DNA of 61,200 nt, filler included, from Hausera hauseri (taxonomy: Eukaryota), in NCBI GenBank assembly GCA_046269625.1. It is 11 parts of 11 records of this genome, joined end to end, with 100 filler letters (N's around TTAATTAATTAA, not from the genome) between each part and the next. Parts side by side here need not be neighbours in the genome. Positions count along the whole stretch, not along the records: positions 46,052 to 50,396 come from JBJURY010624775.1; positions 50,497 to 55,434 come from JBJURY010385924.1; positions 55,535 to 61,200 come from JBJURY010210189.1; 8 more parts are not named here. The stretch is one strand, 5' to 3'. Below are positions 46,878-59,500 of this stretch, one piece after another; within the stretch, counting starts at the first letter, position 1, and each line of letters starts with the position of its first letter. Position numbers and translations under genes: made by a program. Under the pieces are notes generated by a model that was given only the letters and a program-made list of their open reading frames with translations, had not been told where the DNA came from and did not search any database.

Positions 46878-49800
46878 TCACATGATCAAGTCATTTCTAA
46901 TAGGTCGGTTTTTCATTTCTATACGTTTCTGTGCGCACTGGTTAGTTTTCGTTTTCTTTTTGTATTTTTCAGTAGTGTCAACGATGATGGATTCAGTAGA
47001 ACTCTCCGTTGTTAGTTTTTCTAGGTTAACAGAGCAATTTGAAAGCGTCTGGGTAGGCGCTTGAATTTGGTTTGTGGGTAAAGGACTTATTAAATTTTGT
47101 GATGGAGGTGGGGATACGTCCATTGGTTCGGTTGATAATTCCCTTTTTTCTTTGTATTCGAGAATGGAATTATAAATCTTTATTATTGTTAACGCTTTAT
47201 CTCGCGTTCTCTGTGGGTAGATACCATTGTTGAATTTCGTGAGGATTTGTTTTGGTGTAGATTCTTTTCTTGGGTTTATTTCTTGATTATAGAATAAATC
47301 TCTCATGCCGAGCACGTTATCCCATGATACAACATATTTGAGTATACTATACAAATCTATCCCTACTACTAATTTTCCGATTAGTTTCATCCGTATTAGA
47401 GGTTCTACTTGATAAGTGTCCATTTGACCGATCAAATCTGCTTCTTTTAAACCGGTAAGGTGTGTGTTATAGTTATCAACCTTAGATCGGGGGCAAATAA
47501 TTTGATCCATAATAGTCTCGCCGTCAAGACCTAGTATAGTAATTTCAACTAAAGTTGTCTCCTTGTTTCTAATAGGGGTCATCAGATAAGCGGAATTAGC
47601 AGCTACTATAAGTATATCCTTTAATATTATTTTAGAATCTCTGATGAAAGATGTTCCAGATTCCAATTGGGTCAATTTGGGTGTGGGTGTCCCATATTCG
47701 GGGATTTTATACTCTAACCTGGGTAGGTTTTCCTTTTTTGTGACCTCTACGTATAAGATAGGTGCTGGTCCATCATATGTTCGTATGATTATAGTACAAT
47801 TTTTGTATAATCTCTGGTCGAGTCGGATAGTAGAGAATATCGAGAGATTCATGGTGTCTGTTATTCCGTTTACAAGAGATTTACTTCTGAGCTGAATAGA
47901 CTCTTTTGCCACTGATATGTAGATGGATGTCGTTCGTTCAGAAGTGTCAACTAAGTCTGCCAAATTCATTGAACGTTTTTGTAATTTGATGATAAGGCCG
48001 CTTCGCGGGGTAATGAGATATCCTTTCAGATTATTTGGTATCAACGTTACCTTGCCGTAGTAAGAGTAATCTCTATGGGTAGTCGCCATAAGATTGGTAG
48101 TAATATTGTGGTAAAAGGATTTTGGTCTTTGGGCTTGTTCGGAGCCTTCTTGGACTAAAAGAAAATATATCAATAATAGCCAAGAGGTTTTTAAAACGGA
48201 TATGTTACAGTACTTTGATTGTTTACGTTTTGTGTAGGTCGCTAGGAATTTTGCGGCCTTATCCTCTATTTTTATACACAGACATATGGTTATGTCCTTA
48301 AGCGGCCGGATTCGCCACTTTTGGTTGGTAAGCTTTTTTGCTTGCCTATCTTTTAACGATCGGGTCTGCCGATTCTTATAGGTAGGTTCTTTTGCCTGCC
48401 TATCTTTTAGTGGTTGAGTTTGCTGTTTCTGTTCGGTAAGTTCTTCAACTTGCCATTGATTTTCTTGGTAAGGCGCACTTGCTAAAGATTCTTGGGAGTT
48501 TTCTCTTAATATTTTTAATAGATTTACTATTTCCTTCATTTTACGCCGTCGTCGCTTCATTTTTGAGCAGTAAATTACTAAGGGTAAGAATATAGCTAGT
48601 AGTATTAGGAAAACACATAATATACTAATTATCCAGAGGTTTTTATTAGAAGTTTGTTCTAGTTTTGGTGTAGTCACTTTTTGTATAATTTTTGGAGTAG
48701 TTATTATTTGTTTTAAGGTTTTTTCTGTACGTAAAACTGTCCGTAATTTTTCTCCTTTGTCATCTAATTCTGTTATGACGACTTTATAATTTGTGTCAGC
48801 TTTTAGGAACGTACATGCAGATGTCGGTTCCTCAGGAGTTAAAACTCCTTCACTGATCACTCTGTTGTTGAGATGGCACTCGAATTTTATGTTTGTATTC
48901 TTTAAATTGGGCACTGTAATAACTAGTGAGTGGCTTGTTGGTTGGATAATTATATTCATTTCTTTAATATCCTTCTTAGATTTTATCGTAGAACTGGTTG
49001 TTATCTTATGTGGTATTGTTGATATACTTGGTTGTGTTACCACGGTAATTGTTTTTCTTGTCGAAGTAGGGGTTACCTTTGCCGGAGATCTGACTATTAT
49101 CTCTGGACCATCTGCTGTTTTTGACCATGTATAACCGTTATATGTGGTCCAGTAGTATATTATATACTGCTTATCGAAAACGATAGGGCAACATTTATAC
49201 GGATTTTGATAGTTTGGTTCACAGTGTGTACTATTGGTTCCATCAAATATTATATACTTGAATTTTGTATACTCTGTAATTACAACATCTGGTTCCGCTG
49301 TTACACAGGGTCCGTTTTTCATGACCTTAGTATAGAATGAAATAAGAAAGTATGGTCGATGAAAATAGTGTGTAGTACCGGGATATGAGAAGTATGTTCT
49401 ATAGCTCTGGTCGCTTTTTCCCGTTGCGTATTGAATCCTATACGTTTCTCCAAATGAAAGTCCGCAGCAAGTGTGTATTGAATGATTATAATATAGATCG
49501 CAATTTTCTGGTGTCGCCTTCTCCACTATAGGTAATTTTGATATGAATATGTGTATATATTCATCTATTGTTAAGTTTCGATTAGCCGTAATTTTTATGC
49601 AAGGGTATTTTCCAACTTGTACGGCTTTGTAATTTACATCCAAAGACTGAGCTGATACATTAGTCACTAAGATTAGCATCATAAGTGTTGCCATTAGCGA
49701 TGGACTAAAGTTTTCATTTCTTATTTTTGATTCTATCGGTGCAGGCTTACATCTATTTACATGGACTTTTATTGGATTCATTTTATTTCTTTTGTTTTTG

Positions 49801-50378
49801 TTTAAGTAGATGTTGGTTTCATCTACTTTTTGAATCATATATGGACCTTTATATGGTCTGTCTAGTTTTGGTGTCTTTCCTTTCTTACTTAAGGGTGTAT
49901 GTAACATGACTTTGTCTCCAGGTTTAAAGTTATGTGGTTTAGCTTTTTCGTCGTAACGGCTTTTATATTCTTTCTGACACATTTTTGTGTGACGTGAGGC
50001 CAAACTCCATACATACCCTAATTTTTCTTCTAATAACTCTTTATACGTCATATCTTTCAAATGGGAAACAGGCATTTTAAAATCTAAGTCAATCGGCATA
50101 TATGTATCTCTTAGATACATCAAATAAAATGGTGTTTCCTTTGTTGCTGGATGAATGGTATTTCTGATGGCGAATAAGCATGGCTTAATATATTCGTCCC
50201 AATCATCTTGTCGTTCGTTAACCATAGTAGCTAGCATATTAGTTAGAATTCCATTAAATCTTTCCACTGTTCCGTTCGTTTGCGGATGATACGGAGTAGT
50301 TTTTAGTTGCAATATCTGGAATATTTTCGATATTTCCGCCATAACTTCTCCTGTGAAGTTCGGTGCTTGATCCGTCAA
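46878..50378 (-). CDS. Uninterrupted 1166-aa polyprotein segment: integrase C-half - signal peptide - Cys-rich/FN3-like ectodomain - TM - repeats - orphan domain - degenerate DEDDh exonuclease
   Basis: TDQAPNF..TPYHPQTNGTVERFN..KGPY; MATLMMLILVTNVSA|Q; LKADTNYKVVI; TM LWIISILCVFLILLAIFLPLVIYC + KMKRRRRK; KVTLIPNNLKG..FSTIRL; LVEITILGLDGETIMDQIICP.SKVDNYNTHLTGL..LIGKLVVG..RD. The 5' end is cut by the contig edge. Confidence 0.9.
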   Translation of the reverse strand: MTDQAPNFTGEVMAEISKIFQILQLKTTPYHPQTNGTVERFNGILTNMLATMVNERQDDWDEYIKPCLFAIRNTIHPATKETPFYLMYLRDTYMPIDLDFKMPVSHLKDMTYKELLEEKLGYVWSLASRHTKMCQKEYKSRYDEKAKPHNFKPGDKVMLHTPLSKKGKTPKLDRPYKGPYMIQKVDETNIYLNKNKRNKMNPIKVHVNRCKPAPIESKIRNENFSPSLMATLMMLILVTNVSAQSLDVNYKAVQVGKYPCIKITANRNLTIDEYIHIFISKLPIVEKATPENCDLYYNHSIHTCCGLSFGETYRIQYATGKSDQSYRTYFSYPGTTHYFHRPYFLISFYTKVMKNGPCVTAEPDVVITEYTKFKYIIFDGTNSTHCEPNYQNPYKCCPIVFDKQYIIYYWTTYNGYTWSKTADGPEIIVRSPAKVTPTSTRKTITVVTQPSISTIPHKITTSSTIKSKKDIKEMNIIIQPTSHSLVITVPNLKNTNIKFECHLNNRVISEGVLTPEEPTSACTFLKADTNYKVVITELDDKGEKLRTVLRTEKTLKQIITTPKIIQKVTTPKLEQTSNKNLWIISILCVFLILLAIFLPLVIYCSKMKRRRRKMKEIVNLLKILRENSQESLASAPYQENQWQVEELTEQKQQTQPLKDRQAKEPTYKNRQTRSLKDRQAKKLTNQKWRIRPLKDITICLCIKIEDKAAKFLATYTKRKQSKYCNISVLKTSWLLLIYFLLVQEGSEQAQRPKSFYHNITTNLMATTHRDYSYYGKVTLIPNNLKGYLITPRSGLIIKLQKRSMNLADLVDTSERTTSIYISVAKESIQLRSKSLVNGITDTMNLSIFSTIRLDQRLYKNCTIIIRTYDGPAPILYVEVTKKENLPRLEYKIPEYGTPTPKLTQLESGTSFIRDSKIILKDILIVAANSAYLMTPIRNKETTLVEITILGLDGETIMDQIICPRSKVDNYNTHLTGLKEADLIGQMDTYQVEPLIRMKLIGKLVVGIDLYSILKYVVSWDNVLGMRDLFYNQEINPRKESTPKQILTKFNNGIYPQRTRDKALTIIKIYNSILEYKEKRELSTEPMDVSPPPSQNLISPLPTNQIQAPTQTLSNCSVNLEKLTTESSTESIIVDTTEKYKKKTKTNQCAQKRIEMKNRPIRNDLIM

Positions 50379-51099
50379 TAATTTGGTTGGTGCACCNNNN
50401 NNNNNNNNNNNNNNNNNNNNNNNNNNNNNNNNNNNNNNNNTTAATTAATTAANNNNNNNNNNNNNNNNNNNNNNNNNNNNNNNNNNNNNNNNNNNNTTAT
50501 TTGTTATTAAATCCTGATAGTCACTGTTATTTTGCGACATCTGACGATTTTATAACGCTTAATGCACAATCATATGTCTGTGTCTGAAATTGCCATTAAT
50601 GTGGCTGTTGGATTAGCTGCACTGATTGTGGGTATGGACTGTTCAGCGGCAAAATTCCACGATGGATAACAAAAAGCCACAGTTATCGATAGCATCGGGG
50701 CGAAAACACAGCACTCGGTTATATCCGACCAAAATGGACCACGGGGCAACAGCTCGTGGGCACCACAAAGTGATAATCGGGATTTTGATCCGTCGATTCT
50801 GATAATCAAATAGTTCTTAACTGTCGACTAACCCAGGACCTTCCGACAGGGTAATACCAGTCCACCGAACTATAATGAACATTTCAGTAAATACTATGAT
50901 GTCTGACTTCGGCAATTTGCTGGTTCATTTACGGATGAAACAAAACAATGTCTGGAAGATATGATTCATGCAAACAAATTTTTTCGGTGGCCGCTCGAAG
51001 AGATATATGAATTCTTGTTAACGGAACAAGCAGAGCTGTGTACGTCGATTTTAAACAAAAAAGGGAAACCAACCGTCGGACAAAGAGGTCATAATATGG

Positions 51100-54000
51100 T
51101 TTATAATGACGTTTATAAGGTGGATAAACACTCTTGATGAGGTAGTCGAATTGGCCAACATGTCTCAAAAAAAAAGAGAAGCGTTTTGGCATTTGCCATC
51201 AGGGTGCGCCAAGCAACTGATAAAATTTTTGATTTAAACAAATAAGAATTTTTCAAGAACAAATTAACTCAAAAGTGCTAAGAGAGGTTTGTTTTCACAT
51301 CAAAAATGACGGTAGAAGAGATGAAGGAGGAGGCTAAAATTTTGGAGTATAGCCAAACCGTAGAGGAATACAGAGAAGTATCTCCAGTGAAGAAATCCTT
51401 CTGGGATGCGGTAAAGGCTACCAGTAGAAATTTTGGAAAGTCGACAAATGTAAAATCCAAGGAATATGACAGAAGACCGTTCATACACAACAGTGGATCA
51501 GAATATCCAAAAAAAGGTTTGAAACGAGTTCGATGAACAACAAAATTGCTCAGTACAAGAAACCATCTTTCAGTTTGATTGCAGATAAGAGAAGACAGGC
51601 TCCAACTCACTCTTTGTATCATGAAGCCAGTACGCTCTACTGCTGCGTGAAACAGTTGCCAGCGGCAAAAGAGGAAGGGCTATCTAAAGATGGTTGTTTT
51701 TGCTGTCGAAAATATGGACACATTAGAAGAAACTGTCATTTAGAAACAAATCATGTTTGATATGTGGAAAACGTGGACACGGATTTAGAAACTGTTTCAA
51801 ATTACGACAGTTAAATCCGATGTGTGTGGAAAAGATGTATGAAGACCATAGGGATGAAATAGTGCCCTGTGAAGACAACGTGCAAGAAACTTTAAACACC
51901 AGAAACTCTGTTGTGTGCATTTCGTCAATGGAGTTGGTGTAGAAAATTTAATTTGAGATGCAATAATGGTAGTGGGGAAAGACAGATGCTGATGGAGTAA
52001 AGTGAAATTGAACAAGTGTGAAATAGAAATGTTGTTTGATAGTGGAGCCGGTGTGTCAGTAATCAGTGAAAAGATTTGGAAGGCGATAGGACAACCTAGG
52101 CTAACTAAGTGCACTTTAATATTGAATGGAACCTTTTCGAAAAGTGATGGCTGTTTGTGGAAGGTAAAAGTCAAAGTGGAGTGGGATACTGAAGTACATA
52201 AGATTGAATTGATAGTAGTAAAAACAATCAGGCCGGAAGCTATTGGGGAAATAGATATTTTAAAGGCATTTTGTGTGAAATTAAAGGAAAGCGGCTTTAG
52301 TGGATACGAACAAGAGGTAGCAGAGGTGACAACCATGGAGAAACCGGAAATCACGGAGGGTTAATTAGTGGAAGTTGTAAAAAGCTATGATGAAATGTTA
52401 TGAAACATGATTACGATTTAGGGTTTACGGATCTGGTAAAATATTGTATGGAAACTGAAGGTAAACCAATTTTGTGAATCCTAAAAGACAATCGATATAT
52501 CTGAAAAGTAAGATTGAAGAATTTTTGAAAGACTTGGAGGAAGCGGATATTATTCGAAAATGCAAAAGTGAATTGAATTCGCCTTTAGTGGTAGCTCGAT
52601 AGAAAGATGGCGGAATCCAAATTTGTTTGGATTTTAAAAAGTAAAATGAAGTAGCGAAGAAAATTTTCTTTCCAATTCCGGAAAGTCAGACCTTAATGTT
52701 TTTAAGTATAGACCTCGGTAAAGCATATCATCAAGTCGCATTGGATGAAGACTCCCAATAAAAAACAGGCTTTTGCACGAAATCACAACAATATTGTTTC
52801 AACCGAGTACCATTTGGCCTCTCAAGGGTCCAGGAAACGCTTCAGCGACTGACGAAATCATTGTTCGAAGACTTACTGTTTGCAGGTTGTGGTGCACGCT
52901 TTGGTCCACATAAAAAATTAAAAAACATGACGATTGATATTTGTTTAAATATTGGGCTTTTCTGTTTAGAGATTTTGATTTGTAATTAAATATGGATCAA
53001 TTTAAAAGTTTGTGATTCACTATATTATTTTAACTTTCCTTTTATAAACGCCATTCACTGGTTTATTCAATTGGATTAATTCATATTATAAATACGTTTC
53101 TGGAGGAATTGAGTCAGAAAATCTCTAATGACTGATTTTGGAAAATTCAAGTCATCTTATACTAACGATGCAACCGACTGGGATTTTTAAAAATAATTCT
53201 GCAAATCAAAAAATTACTGGTTTATTTGGTAATATACATTTGTCGTCTGGTGGTGGAAATAACTCATTTTTACCAATGCTATTAACCGTGACTACTTCAT
53301 TAACTTTTGCGTTTGGTAGTGCATTAACAGGCTTTGGCACTTCTTCTAATATTGCAACTGGTTTCAGGGAAACTAACAGGGGTGTTGCGATATACTTGGA
53401 TGACGTGCTGATTTACTCAAAGACGATTTCGAAACATTGCAAAATACCAGAAGAGGTGATGAAAAGATTGAAAAATGCGAATCTAAAAGTGAATCCCAAA
53501 AATGTAGATTTTGCGTTTCGGAGTTGGTATTTCTCGGACATACTTTTAATAATCATGGAGTATCAACAAATCAAGTAAAAGTAAAAGAAAACCAGAATTT
53601 TTAGTATCAAAGTGTACGGGGTCATTGAGAGTGTTTTTAGGCCTAGACAACTATTACAGAGGGTTTATCAAGAATTACGTGTTCATTGCGGCACCGTTGC
53701 GTCAGGCTTGCAAGAGTACTTGTAGAGAGGTTTTTTTGTCATGTAAATGTGAAGAAAGTTTCAAGCTATTGAAATTGAAGCTATATGAAGCGCCAGTATT
53801 AACCTTCATGGATCCAACAAATGGTTTTATATTAGATACAGAAGTATCGTTTGGTACAATATAACAGTACTTAGCCAACAAATAGGCACTGAATAAAAAG
53901 TAATAGCGTATGCCTCTGGAACATCATAATCTTTTGAGAAAAGCTACTTCGTTACAAGAAAGAAAATGTTGGCATTACCAGGGATTATGCTGCATTTTAA

Positions 54001-54860
54001 ACAGTATCTATATTGTTAACACTTCACGGCTTGAACAGATCATAAAGCATTGGTGTATATGAAGACCGCTACCAAACCAATAACACTTCAATTTCAGAAG
54101 TGGCTAGAAAACATGAAGATTTCAATTTTACACTAGAACATTGGAAGGGTGAACAGGATGGAAGTGCAGATGGATTATCACGTTTGTATGAGGATATGTA
54201 TGCTGAGTGCTAAACAAGACATGCTGATACGAAGCAGACAAAGGCACGAATAAAGCACATTAATTTCTTATTGGTCAGGTCAATCTTGCAATGAATAGAA
54301 GACAAACAGGAAAATGTACAAAAATACAACAATTAACATGTCTGTTAGACGGCTCAACAATGGAAATTCTCAATATGATCGATAAATTGTATATAACAGA
54401 CAGTCTTATAGTATATAAAGATCGGACCTACACATTATCAGTGATTCCAAAAAATATGCATAAATATTTCATTCTTAAGATACATGTGAATCTATGCCAT
54501 CTAGATATGAAGATGAAAAATCTATATCTTCTAAATCATTTAGTACTCCCGGGTCTAACAAAAGAGATAGAAGTTATCAATAAAAAATATGAAGCATGCC
54601 TACTTTGGAAAATCCCAACAGTAAAGACAAAAAAAGTTCATTCCTATAAAGAGTGATAATTTGCTGGACCAAATGGAAATGGACAATGAGTGTGACGGAG
54701 CCAAAAATAGCATGTATCCGTATATGTTGGTTATTACTGAGCAGTTTTCAAAGCTGGTAAATTTAACAGCAATACGAACGCAGAAGGAAGAAACAGTTAT
54801 CAAGTGCATATTCTGTGAAATGAATTTACAGGTTACGGAAATCGAAGTCAATCTTGACTG
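51100..54860 (+). mobile_element. Conventional Ty3/Gypsy element, heavily decayed (gag CCHC x2, PR, RT, RH, IN)
   Basis: CFCCRKYGHIRRNC and CLICGKRGHGFRNC; LFDSGAGVSVISE; CLDF; IDLGKAYHQV; YLDD (~53394); FILDT; TDHKAL; ADGLSR; FSK.V.L. Confidence 0.88.
52888..53378. mobile_element. TGT...ACA insertion inside RT (possible solo LTR)
   Basis: Removing it joins LLFAG to VAIYLDD. The flanks CAGGT and GGGGT form only an imperfect TSD. Confidence 0.55.
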
Positions 54861-55534
54861 ACAACTGTGATGACCACCGTCCGTTGCGCCCCCTGGCCCA
54901 TTTTGGTCCGGTACAGCCGGGGTGGCGTTTACTCTTCGATTCTTCCATTAATTACCAGTTTGTTTCCATGGAATATTTTTTCAGTAATTGGAAATTTATA
55001 TTTGAGAGGGTATTGTGTAAAATAGATCGAAATTTTATTCACTTACGCGTAACATTCGATGTGCAACATTTTACATATTTAACAGAAAATTGCTATCGAA
55101 GTAAACAGTGGTCGTGCTGAGTAGGGATAAATGGGAAGTCTGCACCAACCCCCGCCCCGAGGGGGTGTGCGAATCGATAAATCAATTTCCACATGTGCCA
55201 ATCGATAGCACACAAGGTGCACTATCGATCGGTAACATGCTAGGTGACGGTTCCGTTATGCACCGTTGCTATGCACATTTTTGCACATTTCGCAAATCGA
55301 GAGTTACACATTACGCAATTGGTCGAATTGATCGGGACAAAGTGCTAATCGATAGTACACATTAGTGCACATCGATTAGTGCGCAGTGCACATGTGCAGC
55401 ACATGTGCAAGTGTGCAAAAATCAATAATATCGGNNNNNNNNNNNNNNNNNNNNNNNNNNNNNNNNNNNNNNNNNNNNTTAATTAATTAANNNNNNNNNN
55501 NNNNNNNNNNNNNNNNNNNNNNNNNNNNNNNNNN

Positions 55535-56545
55535 AGAAATAGGACATCTTCACATATGGGTTGCTGAACTTTCCGGCGTATGACGGTGATCCAGAAGGAT
55601 TAAATGAATTTCTCAAAACTTATAAACTTCATGCCGAAGGCATAGGGTTAGAACCTCAGCAAATGATCAAGCCATTATCACTTTACTTGAAGAACTTGGT
55701 TGCTGACGCCTACGCAGAGTTGATGGCTGAAGAAAGGAAAGATTGGACGTCACTAATATGGGCACTGAATAATAAATTATTGCCAATAGTAACCCCACAA
55801 CAAAAGATAATGGTATTTCAGAATAGAACGCAACAGAAGGGCGAATCGGTCACCCAGTTTGCGCTTGCTTTAAAAAATTATCAAATAGATATATAAACAC
55901 GCTGAGAATTACAAATGTGGCCAAGGCAAAAGATGACGCAGAACGCAAAGCCGCTGAAAATGCAATTCTGCCAGATTTGGATGTAATGATGACAACACAA
56001 TTAATTAACGGTATTTGGTCAAGAGACCTGGTGAAGCAGTTAATATTGGGGAGACCGGAAAATTTTGAGAAAACATTGCAACTGGCACAAGATTTAGAAA
56101 TGACACTGAATAGATACGCCAGGCAAAATGAGCGCCACGACAGGAATACAGAACGAAACGAACGTAGAGACAGTGTACCATTCCATGATGACGGTCGAAG
56201 TCGAAATTACGAGAGTAGAAATATTAGGAACCCGCATTATGAGAGTAAAAGTTTTAATAATAATCGGAACCCAAATAACACGAACATGAAGCCAAATTAT
56301 ATCTCGAAATTCAACCAAGATTATTCTAAAACAATAATAATGAAATCGATACAATGACTCTAGAAGTAATGAAAATAAAATGAATAGAAGTATTTAGTCG
56401 GAGTCGTCAAATCAAAACTACTCTAGGAACAGTAGTCGATCAAAATATCCCGTAAATGAAGACGGTCGACAAAAGATTGGTAGAAATGGAAATATAATGT
56501 GCTATACGTGTGGCAAAGAAGGCCACATAGCAAGGTCATGTCCGA
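55535..56545 (+). pseudogene. gag: Gag of the large Gypsy clade (capsid + CCHC knuckle)
   Basis: YDGDP..L.EFL..Y; YL...A..Y; R.QQKGESV.QFA..L; P..FE..L.LA..LE; CYTCGKEGHIARSC at 56500-56541. Confidence 0.9.
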
Positions 56546-59500
56546 ATCCTCGAAGCGTCTCATTCACCGAACCTACTAAGACAAGCAGGATTAAAACACA
56601 AGAAGATTTAGAGGCAAAATATGGCTCCAGAGGCGACATAGATGCTATTCTGGATATCCAAAATTCCTAAAGATATCTGAAAAGTCAAAAGGTAACTAAT
56701 AACCCGAAAATATTAAAGGCTCGGAAGGAACATGAGAGTAACGTACGAATACTAGAAGTATATCAAGGATTGGCCGAGCTTCGAACGGAATATGAATACT
56801 AGATAGCACCATATAATAATAATATGGTTAGCAAAAAGAACGTGCCAATTAAGCCCGAAGAAGCGGAAGAAATAAGCAAGGTAGGCGTACCATAATGCTG
56901 CCCAGCATAGATCTTGACGCCGAATTCAAAAACCTAACAAAAGAAGAAACTGACGCTACCGAAGAAATTGAGAGTGAATATATAGCTCCGTTAGTACTCA
57001 AAATAACAACGAATAGAGGCCGAAGCCCATCGATAAAAAGAAAACAAATGTGTCTATCAAGGTCAGCAGTGAAAAGGAAAATTCAGGAAAGACAAATCCT
57101 CGAGCTATTAGCTTGGAAAGCGTCTTGAGCTTGAACACTCTGGATGTGGAGCTTAGAGAAGTAACAGACACGCCAAATACAACAGTAAAAGCAGATGAGA
57201 ACAGTGAAATAAACAAGATATGTCCGCCACTCGTAAAAAAAGATGAAGTAGATCGAACGGAACGAATTGACAGACCCAACGAAAAAGTATGAAGGATCAG
57301 GAAATCATGGAAAATGCGGATAAATTAAGAGATTAGGACAGCACGAGCCGACCTGGAGACGTTACGTCGTAACTTAGAGGGGCTGGAACGTATAAAATCT
57401 CAAATAGATGTGTCAGAAAAGGAACAACAGTTCGCTGAGAAAATGTATAAAGAATTTAAAAAGTACATTGAAGAAGGTGCTAGAAAGGAAAAAGAACTAG
57501 AAGAACCAGACGAAACTATTGATAAGTAAATTAAAAATGGAGAACACAATTGAACTCATGGATAAAAAGCGAAATCGACTTCATCGAAATATTGAATAAT
57601 CAAGAGCTGAAAATAGAAAGTAAAGTGGCAACTGCCCAAGAATTACTAAAGACGTTAGAAGCGGAACCAAAACAGAAGAGAGCAAAGTGTAACTTGGAAA
57701 TTTTAATGAACGAGATTGAGAGTACAATGATCTATCACCTTAAAAATAAGCCAGTAAATGAACTGGATGAAAACGAATTCGAAATACTGGGAATAGACCC
57801 GGTAGATATTCCCCTCTTAACGGAAATGTGTAAAATCGCGTCCAACGCGCCTAAGGAATATGTGGATGTAGGAATTCGTATAGACTCAAAGGATAAAAGA
57901 GGCTCCGAAATTTACAGATGTAAGAATAAAATAACGAAAATAGATAATTAAGAAACACAAAATATAACGAAGAGTGTATTCTGGAACTGGATGAGTACAA
58001 TAAGGAAGTTAATTACGTAAAAGAAATAATGGACTATATCAAAGGTCCAGACGACAAACTAAACGATGCCTATGAAAGACTAGAAAGTGTAATATACTCG
58101 AAACCAATGATAGACAATCAAGTCAAGGAATGGATCAAATTACTAGACAGATTAACAGACCTAACTAAGTATGGATTGAGGAAATATTAAATGGGTGAAC
58201 CAATATCTAAACAACAGTTGAAAGAAATACTACGTTATATAGATGTTCTGAAAACAGAAACAAACTTTCGGGTTGAATTCAAAGCATTGTTAAGATGAAA
58301 TTTTATGAGTAAAGATCAAGAAATAAAATTCATGGACGAATTATACGGGATGACCGAAGAGATGGAAATTGTCGACGAAACAGGAAATGACTTCCCATTA
58401 TCTGCAGGACTAAAACACGTTTGCTTATAAGGAATTCGACATCTGACAACAAAACCTACAAACGAAATATCGATATGCGATTTAACAACGTTGGATATTT
58501 GCCAAAATCACCGGATTGCGTTAGAAGAAGTATTAAAATTTCTACACCGTCCATTTGAATGAGCATTAAGAACAGACCAAAATACCGTGCTGAATTGTTA
58601 GAAATAAAGAAAGACTGTCATCGCATATCGGACGAGGTTAATTTCGTAAAGAAACTGATTGACGAAATAGATCCAGATTCAAAGACTAATATCGCTGTTA
58701 TCAGCAAGGGCAGAAATAAATGACGACAAAGCACAACAATTGACAGCTGAAATTAGAAATGTGGAAGAACTTCGAATCCGTACGAAGCAGAGATCAACAA
58801 AGTTAGATGAATTAGACAAAGAACTGGAGATCTATAGAAATAAATATAAGTTTACTCGATCCGAAGTAACGTATAAAAACGACTTACACACAGGTGGTTA
58901 GCAGATGTGAATACTGATTTAACGGATTATGAAGGAAAAGGGCTCCTTCCTGCAGATGAATTAGGACCGACATTAAAAATGACACAAATTGCGTGTGGAA
59001 ATGGAGTAGAGTTAACGAGATTAATCGAGATCCGCAAAAATGTGAGAAGCAGGACCACGGATTTATTGGACTATGGACTCCCAGACGTCACAGATGATCC
59101 AGGGTGGGACGCCTATTTGGAGGATGTGTACAACCAGTATCCTAAAACGCCTATCCAACTTCAAGAAATGGATACACTTTCAACGAACCGACGATTTAGT
59201 GTGGAGATACTCCTGGATCCTGCACTGGCTAAGAAGGATTTAATTGAACAAATTAATGTAAACATAACTGAAAACAAACTAAGACAATTAATTCCTACAT
59301 TAACTGAACTATCAAGTGAAAATACCGTTTATAGTGCTGTGCCAAAACTTTTAATAAGGAAATACTCTAAAATCTTGAGGACTAAACCCGAATCGACAAT
59401 TAAGGTTATAATATCAGCCGAGTGGATGGACGACAGAGAAATTGAGTGTACAACGGCAACATCGGTTAGAGAAGTAAAACAATGGATAGTACAAAATAAT

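Noticed and set aside
48150-48185. Third signal peptide/TM (WLLLIYFLLV) in the 1166-aa ORF
   Set aside because: It is short and coincides with the T-rich splice-acceptor-like tract conserved in contigs 2 and 6, which is enough to explain the hydrophobic codons. Not fully excluded.
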